64,000 bases of DNA, taken from positions 1 to 64,000 of the forward strand of contig JAAILG010000487.1 in the NCBI GenBank assembly GCA_012026655.1. The letters run 5' to 3'. A model generated the notes under the pieces. The model saw nothing but the letters and a program-made list of their open reading frames with translations. It searched no databases and was not told the DNA's origin. Both the position numbers and the translations under genes were made by a program. Positions 35,101-47,989 of the stretch are shown here, in pieces (within the stretch, counting starts at the first letter, position 1; every line of letters begins with the position of its first letter). This DNA comes from Hydrolagus affinis (Eukaryota).

Positions 35101-38100
35101 AAGAACATTCAACTCACACTTTCAATTCAATATATGCTGTTCAGTTTCACTCAAATGCATGGCCAGCACTGCTCAAACGTGCTCAGGAAGTTGGTTGAGC
35201 TCATATGAATTCCTTTCCTAACTCCTTATTGTTCTGCCCGCCCCCACAACAAATTTACCTCTGTCTCGTCCTGTGAGCAAAGGACAGCACCGTTCCATTC
35301 ACTATTCCGTATCCGTATTCATACTGACATGTATTATCATGGGAAACAATGACCAGCAACACACACTCTGTTCAGAGCCAGCAAACTTACTGGGAATGGC
35401 TCCTGCCAACTGGCCCCAACAATGGAGGGTCTGATGATGGCGATGTTCAGATTGGCGCTTTCCTGATTCACAACGTATTCTGCCAAAGCTTTGGTGTAGG
35501 TGTATGTGTTTGGCCAGTCACCAAGCAGTTTAGGAGTAATGTCTCGAATTATACTTTCATCCATCCACCTGCAAGAAGGGTGTTTTGTTAAGTGTGGAAA
35601 GCCAAACATACGTCACCGCATTCATTGCTTTCAACAATTAATAAACAAACACATTGTCTCTGGGTTACATATCAATTATCTCTTATCTTCACTTATTTAC
35701 ATAAATAAACCATTTGTTTAAAAAAAACGTTCACAATACTCTTATCTTAATGGTGCTTCCTGCATATCAACCGCACTGAGAACTTGATGTACTCCATGGG
35801 ATATTTGTTCCATAATTGCTGCATTCTGTAACGATATCTCTGAAGATAAACAAAAAACCTTCCTCTGACTCACCGTAAAATGCCATGCTTTCAATGAATT
35901 GCAATGTACAGCACAACGCTGCATTGTCGGAGCTTCTGTCCTTCGGATAAGATGTTAACCCAAGGTCCTGTACACCTGTTCAGGTGAACATTAAAGATCC
36001 CATGGCACTGATCAAAAAGAAGGGAGTTCTCCTGGTGCCTTGGTCAAGAAACCACCAAATAAAAATTGGTTTGTCACTTCACGGCTGTTTGTATGACTGG
36101 CCTTTGGCAAACTGCCTGCTACGTTTGCACACAAATTACACGGTCACTACACTTCACAGCGTATGAAGTGCATTGAGACATTTCGAAGAAGTGATCTAAT
36201 AGCTCATCGCAAACCTTGTACCATCACTACTGAAACAAATTCAAAGTTTCTATGCTTATTGACCAGCTCGTACCTCTCCTCCTTCCCCCGCCCCCTCCAT
36301 CATGTTTCCCACAGTTAATCAGTGGCCACCACCTTCAAGCACTGAGCAACAGTCGAACCTTTAGGCTCACACATTTAATTAAGAGTTTAGGAATGCCAGG
36401 CATCGTCACCCGACATATATACTGTGTCTGATTCAGAGGAGAAACGGCTGTTGTCGTTAGAAAGAGCTGATTGTTGGTTCACCTCTGAGTGTGGGGTCAT
36501 TCAAACTCTGAATCCGCGTGTCAAGATCATGAGAGTATTTACAAATCTACAGCGTAGCACATGATCTGAAACTTTAACTCAAATGATCTTAAGACTCAGA
36601 CCATATGTCGCTTGGTCTCGGATACCTTTAAAAGCATACTCACTCCATAGAGTCAATCAGCCTTTCGGGTTCCACTGGAGGTGGGTAGATGATCTCTTCC
36701 ACGTGGCTTCGGTTGCAGTTCGCATACGCGGTGGAGATGTGGATGAAGGCGTCAAGATTCTGCATCCGTCGCGCCAGGGCCAGGAGCCGCTGGGTGGCCA
36801 CCACATTCAGCTGGAGGGCAGATCTACAAGACAAGCGGAGAGGAACACAGAGTCACTCAGCAGGAACAGCAATCCCCGATTGCTAAACACACAGCCAGAC
36901 ACATGACTTCTCTGCATGAGCTCGCATTCAGATCTCCAGCATTGAGGGCCAACTTGCCTCACTGAAAGATAGGAATTAGAGCCCCAGCCATGCGCAAACT
37001 TGTCAAACCATTAGACGACTTGAGAGACTCGGTCAGGCTTCTAGGCTCCCCATAATTTCATAAAACAGTCAGATTTTATCAGGCCATCTGGGAATCTTTG
37101 AAGCAGACAACCCCCCCACCCCACCAAACCTCACTGTTGGATTAGAGTACTGATTGACCATTTAACCTCACAAATAGAGAATGGCCACCTCCACAAGGTA
37201 CCGCAAGGCACCAGTGCCTTTAGACCTTTAGACTAGCAGTAGACATTGGTGGTTCTTGGGATGTCCTCCTGATGCGAAAGGCGCTTTACAAGAGTAATTT
37301 TTGTTGTTGTATTGGTGATTGTGGTTAAGGAGAGACAATAGGAGAGAGGAGGGAAACAACCCGAATAATAATGTTCTATAAAATATGAAATTACTGATTG
37401 GGATTGCTCTGAACAGTTTGAAAGGACTTGCCTTGAAACATGGGAGTTCGAATCTGGAATGCATTGTCTGAAAGGGTGGTGGAGGCCGATTCGATTACAA
37501 CTTTTAGAAGAGAGGTGGATGGTTATTTGGGGAGGATGGGTTTGCGGGGTTACGGGGAGAGAGCCGGGGAGTGCGATTGACTTTGAATAGCTCTTTTCAA
37601 AGAGCCGGCAGACACGATGGGCTGAATGGCCTGCTATTGTGCTGAAAAATTCTATGGTTCTAATGATTGTTTGATTTCTCTCAACTTGCTGCCTATTGGC
37701 ACAAGTCTCACGAGGCACTTACTTCAAAGGTGCATCAAAGCGAATGGTAGCCGCACAGTGAAAGATGATGTTGATGGAGGAGAGCAGGCATTCAGTGTCT
37801 GCTGCACTGATGGCAAGGTTCAGATGCGTCAGCTCACTGCTGATGGGAATAATCTTTTCATGGAAGTTTGGGAAATCTTCTCTTACCCGATCGAACAACT
37901 GGTAATGAAAAAGATTAAATAGATTGTTAGCAGATTAATGATTCTATTTAGCGTTCATACCAATAAAATGTGCTTAGTGCCTAATCGGTTCTCCCACAAA
38001 GTAGTAGTACTTGAAGAAGACATTTTTAGCATGTAAATTCACCCAAGATTTGGACACCTCTGGGCTTCTCAACAGGTTCCACTTGCCAAATCAAAGAGAG

Positions 38101-41100
38101 TTCAAGCTGGAGCTGAAAGATGCAGAGCAGACATCTTGCAAAGCCACAGAAACAAACTTCCATCTTTAGTAACAATACTAATAATAGAATTGTGATAATC
38201 CTTGCATTTAACACAATAATAATCCGTGCGTTTATAGGTTTAACGCTGTGAGACAGCAACAGCAGCAAAATTACGTTGATAGAGAGCCTTTCACCCAAGT
38301 GATAAGTTGCTTTATCAAATGCAAAGGTTAGTATTCTGTCCAACTAAGGACCACAAGCATGCAAAAGGCAAACTGTGATGTCAGGGCCAGGCATCTCGTG
38401 TAACTGTGGGTGAAAATCCCGACCAGTTATCCAACAGTCAGGCAGACATCAACGCTCCCTCACTTGAAGATTATTCCTAACAGCCACAGGCAGTCTTCAT
38501 GGCAGGAGTTAAAAAGCACAGAATTGACCACGTGTGACCCAATGCAGCTGCACTCAGCCACAAACCACAGTGACCTCATTCCCCCATGGGCTGTGATCAA
38601 CAGTTCCTGAAATGGGAGCCTGTGGGAATCGGACAGACACAGATGATTCTGTCAGCCACTGGGTCACTACCGCATCTGCACAATTTGTTTGTGATAGTTG
38701 ACTGAATTATTTTTGGTTTCTCTAAGGAGAATGCTTCGGATGAAGAGCCATAGACCCCCAGCAAGCTATTTCTTAAATAGAGACTGTAGTGCTGGCCCTC
38801 CCTCACTACCCCCTTCCTGGTAACATGTTCCAATATAAACCATCCTACGTGAAGAAACGCTTTCTAGAATCTGTCCAAAAATATTCCCACACTGAACCCA
38901 TGCGCTCTTTGTACTTCTGTATTGACATATCTCAACATATCCCGGGTTTACTTTCTCTATCCCATCAAATATCAACACTCCACTAAAATGTTTCCTCTGA
39001 GATTTATCTTGTCAAATAAAATTGAATGGCAAAAGGAAGGAATCAGCAATGAAAGGTAACAGTATTTCTCAGTGCTAGCTCTTTCTGGGCCCCTTGCCCA
39101 TAACCACCGCAGTGGTTAGGGACTGTGCAAACAGACCACGCAAAGAATAATATCTTAAATACACCATCTGATGAGAGCCACGCTGACCAAGTAGAACTAC
39201 AACAATATTTAGACTATAAATCCTTGTGTTTGCTGCGACCGTGTTCCACAGCCACCAATGCCACCGCAGCTCCCTCTGTGGTCTGTGAACACTTTCCACA
39301 CTGTAACAGGCTCAAAATATAAACGGTATAAGTTACCAGGCACCTTTATTATGGGTTTGCACGACTCTTCCATTGTTGCAAACCTTAGCCAGCACTAAAG
39401 TGGGATGCTTTGTGATGTACAGAGTCCACAATAGCGGTTACCTAGATGTACACGACGGACAATGTAAAAATATATTCCGGGATCAAATATATTCATAAAA
39501 TTTCTGAGCGAGAAAGTTGTGGGTTCAAGACCTATCTTGTATCTTGTATCTCTTCTATCTTGTAATTATTATTGATTAGTGATTATTATTGATCTCAAGA
39601 TTTGAACCTACAGTTTAGGCGGACATGCCAATTTAGCGCTGGGGATAGTGCTGCATTTTCGCAAGTACCGTCCTTCAGTTGACACATTAAACCTACGTCC
39701 GCTCATTCAGATTGATGTGAAAGATTCCATGGTATTAGTTGAAAAGAGTTTTGAATAACTCGAGTTTCTCCTTGTGTCTTTGTGCCAACAATCTGTCAAC
39801 TTAAAACGTTGGTCACTCACTCCCAAGATTGAGTGTGAGTCATTAATGTGAGTAAATTGGCTGCTGCATTCACCACCAAATACCGTACCTCAGGAAATTA
39901 TATTGGTCCTGGAGGGGGTGCAGTGCAGATTCAACAAAAGTAACAAATTATATTTCTATTGGAACGTCCCAAGGCATTGGCCAGGATGATACCGGGTCTC
40001 AAAGGGTGAAATTATCAGGACAGTTGCTTAATCTCAATCTGTGTTTCCTTGAGTTTGGAAGGTTTCAGGATGATCTGATTCAGGTTTTTATAATAATAAA
40101 GGAATATGATAGGGTAGCTACAGAGAAACTATTTCCTCTGGTGCGGAATCTAGAATAAGGGCATCATCTCAAAATTGGAGTTAAACCATTTAGGAGTGAA
40201 ATGAGGAAGTACTTTTTCACTTTCAAGGCTATATGTTTTTACAGACTTGATCACATGGTAACCTCTTTCATAACTTTAATGATTCTTTATTGAGTTCTAA
40301 TTGTGCTTTGTCCCGGTATGAAGAGTTCTTGACATTGGGTTTAAAACCCATTATTATTAGTATAGCCTGGAAACTCTCGGTTACCATGGCAAACCATGAC
40401 TTTAACCCATCATTGCGCTGGAAAGCAGCCCCCATTTGCCATTTTATTATTCCCTGCCTTTTCTCAAAACCATGTAATGCCTATCAATCTCTCTTTTCAA
40501 CACCCCGACTGATTCAAAATCCACGGCCTTCATGTCTGTAGATCTCACTTCTATCACAATTGGCTCTCAGGCAGACTTAATATTTGTTGTTGCGGATCGC
40601 TCCACCACAGAATGCCCTATCCAGCTTGATAATTGTGAGTCGATTATCAGATTGCTTTCCAGGGGGTAATAATCCCTTAGAAAAAATATTGATTAACCCA
40701 CAACTGTTTGTGGGAATGCTGCTATGCCCAATTGGCAGCCATGTTTTGCCCCCCAAATACAGTCAATCCACTTTACAATATATTCTGTGAAGAAATATAA
40801 GAACTATTATTATTTATTGTGATCTCCAGAGAAGAAGACCTTGCATGATTCACATCAGGAGAATGTCTCAAAGTACCTGATGCACTAAAAAGTGTTGTGA
40901 CTGCATTTGAAAGCAAACAGGACAAGCCAATTCTGCACAGTGTTGTTCCACAGGCATGAGGTGAATAAACAATTTTATCTAGGGGATTGTTTGCTCTATC
41001 TCTTCAAATAGTACTGTATGATGGGATTTTTAAAACTCACCTTGATGGGCAAAATGGGCCCTTAGATTAATGTCTCATACAAAGGATAGCTGACATGGAG

Positions 41101-44100
41101 CACCACAGAATCAGCTAGGGTGTGTGTATGTGTGTGTGCGTGTGTGTGTATGTGTGTACCATCCCAATCAAAAGCAGTAAAATTCAGCAAAGCCACCATG
41201 ACCAACAAACATGTACAGCACGATAAACAAACCTAAGTGAGGTATTGATTTGTTCTCCACCAGCACTCGAGTCTCACTCCAAGGTGAAGCACCAATCTAT
41301 ACCTCCTCTGTCTCGTATTTCTCAGTAATTCTGGATCAAGACTGAGCGACAAGAAAGATGATGATGATCATTATTATTTTGAGAGAAGGATTATTATGAC
41401 GTTCCCCCCCTACAGAATCTACTTCCTCGCTCTCCCTGTTTCAAAACCAGCTCTTAAATTTAACAGTACAGGCTGATCACCAATTCCGTGTGGGGCTCCA
41501 GGCTGCAGGGGTTCCTGGAGGGGAAGGGGTGAGAGCCACAGTGTGTGTGTTAGTGGGGAGAAGGAGTCTTGGCCACAGTGTACAGTACTTGTAAAATACA
41601 CAATTCACATCCCCTAAAATACGCAGGATCTGTGTCTGTCCAGCAGGACAGATAACATTCATGTTAATGCAGTATTCACAATGTAATTGAAGCCTGGCTT
41701 ATGTTGAATTCCCAACTTGCATCTTGCTGTGTTCCAATGTCACTTGGTTATGTAAACAGTGGATCCTGTGATTTGTGAACATACGGTTTCTGAGGCTGCA
41801 GCAACTGACTCAGCCACTTGACAAACAACGATCAGCTGGTTTCTGAGGCTTGTAGCAGCTCAGCCCTCTCTCCAGCGTTGTAATATATTGAAACATCTTA
41901 ATGTCCAAGCTTTCTTCATAACATCTTCAAGTGTTAATTAACTCACCAGAAAATGGTGTACATTCCTGTGCTATGTTTATTTTAAGACGAGCATTAATTC
42001 CAGTTTCGAATGAATTGGAAGTATTGAACTGTGGTGAATGAAAAAAGTACACCACAGAAAATCCTCTGAATTTTGTGGTTTTTTTAAAATGCAACCGATC
42101 ATTACATTGTCATTGAATTGGTCATACGGTATATGGAATAACTTGAACTCAAACCAAACATGTCCATGGAGAAACTGACTTTACAACCTATAGACACACA
42201 ATCGCCTCCCTGACCCAATTTCCGTATTCGCCCACAAATACATATTCAATTCACTTTACAGTACTGTATATCCTTAGACTGAAACGCTTTGAGACATCTC
42301 GATGATATAAGGTGCTATATCAAATGCAAGGATTATTATTATTATTCACTGTGTCTGTATACACAGACTCATCACCCATATTGAACTTGATCTTTACTAT
42401 CTATACACACAGACAAATAAACCAACTCATAGGTCTTAGTGCTCCTTTGAGACCCTACTCAGCGTGAAGAGTGCTATATACAGTACATTAAAGTTGATTA
42501 TCGTTGTCTACAAATGAACCTAGTCACACAACTCTGATTACTTTCAACATTAACCAATAGCCCCCCCACCACAAAAACATAAATGTTGGTGGTGAATAAC
42601 AAAGATCCATGAGTCTTGACAAACACAAGATCCACTTTGAAACAATTTCACAATACAGTACAGGAAATCTATGAATCTGGCACTAAATTATATTTTCTTC
42701 CCTGCAGCAGTCAATAACAAGAATTGAGGTTGGCAAAATGTACCATCACTTCAAACCATCTCCAAGTTCTTCAAACAATATGGTGATACAATCTGATGTG
42801 AATGTGAAGCAAAGCAAGGAAATAGACGTGGGAAATTGAGAATCAAGCACCAAAGCTATTAACACAAGGTACTCCAGCCGCTACGTGGTGTGAAATTTGC
42901 AGGTCAACATGGACAACAACTGTGCGCGGGTTTCTTGTTTACAGTGGAAGATGGATTATACTCTGCAAACCTGAGTGTGTGATACACCAGCATTAGCGTC
43001 TCAACTTCAGCTGTCATCCCATATTCACATCATGACTTCCCCACTCGTTCTCTTCTCCCTCCAGCATCCACGCTGTCCTTGCTCGAGAGAGCTGGTTGGA
43101 TAATGGTGTAATCCTGGGGTGAATTGTCTGGGTTTTCTGAGTGCTTGTTTCACTGTCCCACCCCAGGCCAACCAGCCTGCTCTCTTTACCCCTCCAGTGA
43201 AAATTTGATGTAAACAGTAATTGAGACTAGATGTCCAAATAAACGCTGAAAATACTCAAGTGCTTAACGATAACCCAACTAGCAGTGAATTGTTGGGTTT
43301 ATTGGTTAGAGCCAACTGAGCTATATTTTTCACTTTCCTCAAATCCGCTCAATTTCAGTCTCCTCGAATGACCATTTTTCAATGTTATGTTGGCAAAGTG
43401 GTTTGGTTTGTGTGTCAGCCCAGAACATTGTGTAGACCAGTGGTGTCCAACCTTTTTGGTTGGCCAACCAAATAAATGTTCCTGATTGGATATGTTGTCT
43501 TATGGCCATAGCATAAACATTGCCACTCAGTTGCTACTGGAAACAAAACATTGAAAAAAACAGACTCACCTAGATAAATGCAAATGTTCAGCTGGCCACT
43601 TCCTGATGACCCATGCTAATGTAGACTAATGGATCCTGGAGAGGTGATTACAAGGTAGCAATCTTCTGCTCCACTATCGGCGACGTGCCTTCAGCCACTA
43701 CGCCCCGAAACTTTGGAACTCCCACCCTCTTTGTCTCGCCCGCTTTGTCTCGCCCGCTCCTTTCCCATCTTCAAGTCATGCCTGAAGACCTTTCTCTTCG
43801 ACTGCGCTTACGGTCACCCTCCCAGGCTCAGACTCAGGCTCCGCCATTGTGAAGTACTCAGCTTGGCTTACACTTATCTTTGAATCAAGATTCCAAATCA
43901 GGGCTTCCAGACATTGTCTAACTGACATTCCAATGTTACCGTGGCAGTGGTACCTCAGTGAAGTTGCTGTCCTTCAGAGGAGACATTGAACTAAGGCCCT
44001 GTCTGGCTATTCTTTACTTGAATATCCCATAACACTATTCAAAAAGGAAGGTAGTTTCTCCCAAAGATCTGGCCAATAATTCTTCAAATAAAAAAGGACC

Positions 44101-46691
44101 TCAATTCTTAGCTGTTTGTAGGACACTGTTGTATGCAAATTGGATTGCTGTGTTCACTTTACAGTGGTGCTATCTCAAATTAAGGAATTATTATTATGTT
44201 GCGATCTCCACCTGGAAACAGATTCCCTCTGCGTACTGATTGACCAATAACTGTTCTCACCTTCACGTTACAGCATGTCTTCTGTTACTTTCCCTACAGA
44301 AGCTCCCTCCCCTCAATCTCCGATGTTTCTGAGTCCCTTTCCCCACCATGTTCAGATATCTGCAATCACACACAATCTCCTCCTGTGTGACATGCACATC
44401 ATTTTTTTCCCGCACAGCATGGAATCTACTGATTAATTTTGTCCCTGGAGCTCTCGCTGCTGTACATTAACAATTTATAACCACTTAGGCAAGGCTAAGT
44501 TGAGCCTCTCCAGCAGAGGGCATGCCAATTATTTCAGCACAAGAACTGGGGCGATCGTCCAGTCGCTTTTTGTCATTCAGTGCAACGCTGTGAACAAATC
44601 CAGCAGAGATATTAAGTCATTAATGGTAGAAGATTTGAGATTTGCGGCTTGAATCAAGGGCCCATTCCGGACAGTGAAGAGCACGATTGTTTCAGTCTGT
44701 GGTTCGAAAGCATCTTGCCGCATGATGCCAGCGTTTGGAGGACCAGAAAGACACGATTGTCTGACTGAGACAGTAAGAGCAGAACTGGAGAGGACAGGCT
44801 TGAATTTATAAGGCTTTGAGACCAGACATTGGAAGATTATGCATTGCAGAATTCCAACATAAACATGTTTTTATTTTCACATTACGGACAACCTTGGATC
44901 TGTGGCTGTGTACAGCTCAACACATCTACCTTCTTACAGTGAAAAAATGCTGAGCTCATGATTTTGGAAAGCATAACCTATAAAATTAGCTACAACGCAA
45001 TATATGTTGACACTGCATCTTTTATGTCAGGAGGACGTCACAAAGCACTTAAGATTGCTGCGGATATCACCCGCATCAAGCTTCGCTCCCCCATTACCCC
45101 AGTCCTTGCCAGACTTCACTGGCTCCCTATCCCTGAGAGGATTGACTTCAAGATCCTCACCCTTGTTTTCAAAATCCCTCCACTCCTCTGCCTTCCCCCT
45201 CCCCTATCTCTCTGATCTCCTCTCCCCCCAAACCAGCTCCCGCTGCCTTCGCTCCACCGGGTCTGGCCTCCTCCATGTCCCCCGAATCCTCCGCTCCACC
45301 CTCGGCGGCCGTGCCTTCAGCCATTATGCCCCGAGGCTCTGGAACCCCCTTCCTCACTCCCTTCGCCTTGTCCCCCTCTCTTCCCAGTTTCAGGTCACAG
45401 CTGAAGACCTTTCTCTTCGACCGCGCCTTTGGACACCTTTCTCCCCACTGCCCCTGTGATTTTGTGATCTATTGTGAAGCGCTCTGAGATGCCATCCGGC
45501 GTGGAGGGCACTATGTAATCGAAGTTGTTGTTGCGGAGAAGGCAGTGGCAGCTGAAGAGGATGGTGAGGGGAGAGAGAAGTAGTTATACTAATAATCATA
45601 CTGTAATAATCCTTGCATTTCATATAGCGCTTTCACAACTTCTAGACGTCTGAAAGCGATTCACAGAATATGCTGTAAAGTGAAGTGACTGTATTTTTTG
45701 TGGGTGAAACGCAGGAGCCAATCGCACACAGTAGTGTGCCACAACAGTGGTGGATTGAAATGAACAATTTATTAAAGTTGTTTTTTCTTGAAGGATTATT
45801 ATCAGGCAGTAAGGAAACTTGACCAAAGTTTTGTCCTTCCTGGAATCAAACCCAGGTCTCCTGCTTGTAAGGCGAGAGCTCCAATCTACAGGACTCCACA
45901 AGCTGTACAGAAGTGGTACAGTCTGTTTGCATGACTTTGACACGGTTGCCCTCTCCACCCATGTTTAATGATACTTTCCTCTCCTTTCTCTCCCGTTCCC
46001 CCTGGCTTCATGGTCAGTATGAACGACAGCTTTCCCCATGTGTAAAATAGAGCCCGCAAAACACATGAAACAAACCACTCACTTATCAGGACAGTTGGCT
46101 CCTTTGCGCAACACGACATATCAACCAGAGCCTGAAGTGTGCAGGGTTTATCTAGAACAGTGGTTCCCAACCTTTTTTTGCTGCGACCCTAAACTGGCCA
46201 CCAACAGGACCTCCTGACCATTAGGGGGCGACTCCGTAACTGAAGCGAAGCTCAGCCAATACGATATCTCCGTCTCTTTTGTGGACTCAGCGCAACTCGC
46301 CAGTACGGTCTTTCATACAAATTGGTCGGCAGTGTCGCCTCAGGCACTTTTCAGCATCAAAAAAGCATTTTCATCATTAAAAAAAAATTCTGATGACCCT
46401 TGGCGACCCTACTGAGGACCCGCGCGACCCTGATCTGGGTCGGGACCCGAGATTGGGAACCACTGATCTAGAGGATTACTAATGCAGTACCTTGCGCTTC
46501 ATCATGTCGGCGACTCTCTCCTGCACAGACTGCCCTGTCTTGGGTCTCACAAGGATGTAGATGGCTTTGACATCAGGGCAGGATCGCAGTAACTTCTCCA
46601 CCAGCACTTTCCCCATGAAGCCAGTGGCTCCCGTGATGAGTATGTTTTTCCCTGCGTAGTACATGGAGATTGCCGACGTCTTGGTTGTCAT
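28982..46691 (-). CDS. far2: Fatty acyl-CoA reductase, FAR2 clade (may be auto-annotated as FAR1-like), 519 aa, 11 coding exons
   Basis: Exon lengths 201,176,180,178,45,119,68,172,130,128,163 sum to 1560 nt with no stops and match the vertebrate FAR exon structure. NADPH motif TGATGFMG; catalytic YxxxK (NTYTYTK); C-terminal membrane segment. Residues [24 protein letters not shown] and FNFDVRQ resemble my recollection of FAR2 rather than FAR1; a phylogeny is needed to confirm. Confidence 0.9.
29425..29721. mobile_element. SINE (minus) fused head-to-head with an inverted partial copy
   Basis: Arms 29590-29654 and 29658-29721 are near-perfect reverse complements. Confidence 0.85.
30134..30261 (-). 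CDS. far2: FAR coding exon 10
   Basis: [43 protein letters not shown]. Confidence 0.95.
30912..31041 (-). CDS. far2: FAR coding exon 9
   Basis: [43 protein letters not shown]. Confidence 0.95.
31653..31824 (-). CDS. far2: FAR coding exon 8
   Basis: [58 protein letters not shown]. Confidence 0.95.
31855..32161 (-). mobile_element. Full-length SINE next to a FAR exon acceptor
   Basis: (AAT)n tail, core and head. Confidence 0.85.
32955..33022 (-). CDS. far2: FAR coding exon 7
   Basis: [22 protein letters not shown]. Confidence 0.95.
34037..34155 (-). CDS. far2: FAR coding exon 6
   Basis: [40 protein letters not shown]. Confidence 0.95.
34507..34551 (-). CDS. far2: FAR coding exon 5
   Basis: [15 protein letters not shown]; 45 nt with canonical splice sites. 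Confidence 0.95.
34800..35015 (-). mobile_element. Older DeuSINE-type element (SacSINE-like)
   Basis: GGGATCTTTAAC...GAACAGGCAGAC...GTTTAATGTCTCAT...GAAGGACAGCACC; related copies at 35930-36190, 39500-39890, 43850-44160 (plus) and 40850-41100, 50250-50530, 53300-53620 (minus). Confidence 0.6.
35391..35568 (-). CDS. far2: FAR coding exon 4
   Basis: [59 protein letters not shown]. Confidence 0.95.
35930..36190 (+). mobile_element. Older DeuSINE-type element
   Basis: GTCCTTCGGATAAGATGTTAA...GTTCAGGTGAACATTAAAGATCCCATGGCACT. Confidence 0.6.
36644..36823 (-). CDS. far2: FAR coding exon 3
   Basis: [60 protein letters not shown]. Confidence 0.95.
37430..37665 (+). mobile_element. CR1 3' end
   Basis: TGGAATGCATTG...GGGCTGAATGGCCT...TTCTATG tail. 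Confidence 0.8.
37723..37898 (-). CDS. far2: FAR coding exon 2
   Basis: [59 protein letters not shown]. Confidence 0.95.
41120..41157. repeat. (TG)n microsatellite, interrupted
   Basis: Read directly. Confidence 0.85.
43438..43618. mobile_element. Possible decayed hAT MITE
   Basis: Left end CAGTGGTGTCCAACC; flanks GTGTAGAC/ATGTAGAC resemble an 8-bp TSD; right TIR is poor. Confidence 0.35.
45060..45532 (+). mobile_element. L2 LINE 3' end
   Basis: [22 protein letters not shown]...[14 protein letters not shown]; (TTG)n tail. Confidence 0.88.
45603..45898 (-). mobile_element. SINE copy
   Basis: Tail, core and head. Confidence 0.8.
46158..46465. mobile_element. Non-autonomous hAT-Charlie-type DNA transposon (MITE), 308 bp
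   Basis: TIRs CAGTGGTTCCCAA(C/T)CT at both ends; 8-bp TSD ATCTAGAA/ATCTAGAG fitting the NTCTAGAN Charlie target preference; subterminal GACCC repeats. Confidence 0.85.
46491..46691 (-). CDS. far2: FAR coding exon 1 (exon 46491-46715)
   Basis: [67 protein letters not shown]; AAG|GTACTG donor. Confidence 0.93.
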
Positions 46692-46983
46692 TTTGTTCTC
46701 CCTTTCGCACTGTTCCTTGATTGAAAAACAAGGACAAACAATCAATAAAAACACTTATTTTGCATCCCTGGCAAATTGTTGGGATTCATGCTTTGCTTTC
46801 ACTGTGTATACACACGATGGCTGTTACTTGGTCATTCACTTCATGGCTGTTTGTGGGATATTCTTGTGGACAAATTGGCCCTACAAAATATACAGTCACA
46901 ACCCTTCACCGTCAGTCCCTTAAACCCCTTTCGGGCAACTTCCCAACTTGAAAAGTGCTGTATCTTGTAGCTAGTGGGGAGCA

Positions 46984-47175
46984 TGGAGTCACGTAGCTCA
47001 GAGGTTAGAACAATTGCCTCGCAAGCGAGAGGAGCTGGGGATTGATTCCCGGGCATGGCCAAACATTGGGCAAGTTTCCTCAATCCACACCCCTCTATCT
47101 GTACTCCTGGCAGTAAGTAAGAACCCAGTTGTTTGTCGATTGGCGAATCACTTTTCCGGGGATTAATAATCCCTT
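46984..47175 (+). mobile_element. SINE 5' part (tRNA head)
   Basis: TGGAGTCACGTAGCTCAGAGGTTAGA... Confidence 0.75.
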
Positions 47176-47244
47176 AAAAAAGTCTACATAAAAAACCCAA
47201 AAAGCCAATCCGTGGCAGCCATCTCTTTAGTTGCACAGGAAAGG

Positions 47245-47585
47245 GACAATCCTTTCCCTCACATTAAAGATGCTGCCTCCTTAACAACAACATTACATTT
47301 GTCTAGCACCGTTCATGTGCGGAGGACGTCCCAAAGTGCCGGACTGTCAATGTTTCAGATCCGAGCTGGGGTCGGGATCGGGGAGGGTGGAGAGAAGGGA
47401 GGGGAATGGGGGATGATGGATGGCAAGGTTGAAGAGGAGAGTCTCGAGGTGGAACTTGAAGGAGGCGGAGGGATTGCCGGTTGGAATTCCAAAGTTTGGG
47501 GGCAGAGTGGCTGAAGGCTCGCCCGCCGATGGAGGGCGGGGCGGGGTCGGGGGACATGGAGCAGGCCGGAGCCCATTGAGCGGGG
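47245..47585 (-). mobile_element. L2 LINE 3' end
   Basis: GGRAFSHSAPKLWNS. Confidence 0.75.
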
Positions 47586-47989
47586 GAGCAGACTTAATAC
47601 TGTAAAGAAGTGTTAAGGATGAAACATCAACACATTCTTCTCTCGTAATAGACAGTATGGAACTCTGTCGAGAGTGGAATTTTACTGACGGGCCGTAACT
47701 CTTCCAAACAATAACCCAGTGTTTTATTTCAGACAGGACCCCATGCCTCCCTTTAATGAGGCTGGAAATTTCTCAGACATCAGCAGTTTGATAATAATCC
47801 TCGCATTTGATACAGAGCTTTTCAGAATATACTGTAAAGTGAATTGACTGTATATTTGTGGGAGAAACTCTATAATATTATAATTTATTATAGGTTGCTT
47901 TTTGAGGAATTATTATTAGGTGTGTGGAGTAAGGAAACTTGCCCTCAGTTTCTCCCTGACCTACCTGGATTATACAGTAACATAGATCG

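Noticed and set aside
46984-47055. tRNA-Val-like genes here and at other SINE heads
   Set aside because: Each continues into SINE body sequence and has broken stems; these are SINE heads, not tRNA genes.
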